Assembly: GCA_965112155.1 (NCBI GenBank)
Contig: OZ218104.1
Origin: Podarcis liolepis
Taxonomy: Eukaryota
Length of the DNA: 64,000 nucleotides
Strand: one strand, 5' to 3'
This document shows, one piece after another, positions 62,529 to 64,000 of the stretch. Position 1 is the stretch's first letter, and each line of letters begins with the position of its first letter. The position numbers and the translations under genes are program-made. A model generated the notes under the pieces. It had not been told where the DNA came from. It did not search any database and saw only the letters and a program-made list of their open reading frames with translations.

Positions 62529-62560
<32 letters not shown>
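62529..62560. repeat. (GT)n microsatellite
   Basis: GT run. Confidence 0.9.
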
Positions 62561-62562
<2 letters not shown>

Positions 62563-64000
62563 TAATGGTACGTGGAAAGGAAGGTTGAGGGTTGCTAAAG
62601 ACAGACAAGGGTTGAGTCTCTAGAGTTTGACTGGGATGTTATGGGTATGGGAGATTGGGCACACAGCAGAAATGTGGAGATGGAGTATATTGCATAGATG
62701 CTTTGTAGTTGGAAACCAGCTGCTGAAACAGGGAGGTGTGGAGCGCTGGTGCTGCAGAGGCAGATGGTGCAGGATTGGGTGGGGGTGGGGATGGGGTGAG
62801 GTCAGAGTCTGGTAAAACTCACAGCAGAAAGGAGTGGAAGTTATGGAGTTGAAAGCCCAGGGTACTAGCAAAATGTCTAGGAGGAGGGATGTTATTTGTT
62901 GGAATAGATTCAGTGAAGATTACGCTTGCTATGGTAGTTTCCTTTTCCCATTTCATCATCTTTCAGTCGGTGTTAGCTATGTGTATATGTGTGAAAGAAG
63001 AGCTCTTCTGCCTTTTGTTTCTTTTTCTTAGTTTCTTCTGTGGATTGTCTTCCTTTCTCTTAAAACAAGAAATAAAAAGCAGCTGCATGTCTCCAAACAG
63101 AATTTAGGATCCCTCTCACTCCTCCTGTCTCTTAAGAAAGAGGATTGATTACATGTTTAGAAAGGCAAATCGTCCGCCCCCCCTTCTCCAAGAAGCTTGG
63201 ATGAGCTGAGCCCTCCAATGCCCTCTGCCCTTTTCCCAGAGAAAGCAGCTGTCTTGTGAGGGATGTGTGCGTGTGGATTGAAAATCAGTCTGTTCATTGA
63301 GACACAAGGGCTGGTGTGTTCAGATCGGCTCCTGCTCATTAAAGTTGTGGCTCTGTTTTGATATTCAGTTGCAGGAAGGAACTTGTCCCCTCCCCCTCAG
63401 TTTGTACACAGATCTCCCTTGTCACCAGGAACCTGGCCTTATAGATTAAGAGTGAGCAGATCAGTCACTGTCTTTTAAAGCCAAATGCATCTCAGGGGAT
63501 AATTCTAGAAACTGAATGGGGGACAAAATAGCTAAGGCAAAGAATGTAGTAAAATTAGGTAACGTATTTTTTGTTTGAACACTTTGTAGTTTTAATTCAC
63601 AGATGATCAACTGTAATGGATGATGGTAATTTTGCTTCTTAGTTTTTCCAGCTCACAGTATTTCTGTTATTTTTTTCAACATGGCCATTCCATTATCAGT
63701 TCCATTTCCTGGGTAAAATGCCCTCAGAAAACAAACAGAGGTGTTGCTTTCAGAATGGATTTTAAGCTTTTGTTGCAGACATTTCTTCTAATTAAGAAGG
63801 GAGCTTAAATCTGTGATTTTTTAAAAAAATTACTCCCAGAGTTGTAGTGAAAGGGAATCCCCAGAGTAAAATGTCAATATCTGAGGCACTTTTAATGGGC
63901 AACAGTGGGTATCAGTAGACTGCATGGTATAGGGAGTTAGAGTGCTGAACTCAGATCTTAAGAAGCAGGGTTCAAATCCCCACTTAGCCATGAAGCTCAT

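Overview
This is a vertebrate nuclear genomic window from a squamate reptile; the Sauria/Squam-type SINEs suggest a lacertid lizard. It corresponds to the ANKRD11-SPG7-RPL13 block. Reconstructed by hand on the minus strand: a complete RPL13 (non-coding 5'TOP exon plus 5 coding exons, 636 nt, 211 aa) and a complete 17-exon SPG7/paraplegin (2349 nt, 782 aa). All introns are GT-AG and phase-consistent. RPL13 intron 2 holds an intact SNORD68, and intron 3 holds a decayed SNORD68 paralogue. A CpG island at ~61.0-62.0 kb carries a probable non-coding first exon of ANKRD11 on the plus strand, assigned by synteny only. The rest is intronic or intergenic DNA with SINEs, CR1/L1/RTE fragments, MITEs, microsatellites and two assembly gaps. 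Almost all ORFs in the supplied track are spurious or partial exon read-throughs. I found no wholly new gene system. The best leads are apparent SNORD68 duplication and turnover inside RPL13 with a changed second guide, a 5S rRNA-CR1 tail chimera, and strong-context uORFs in the SPG7 and putative ANKRD11 leaders. Comparisons to human sequences are from memory and need database confirmation.
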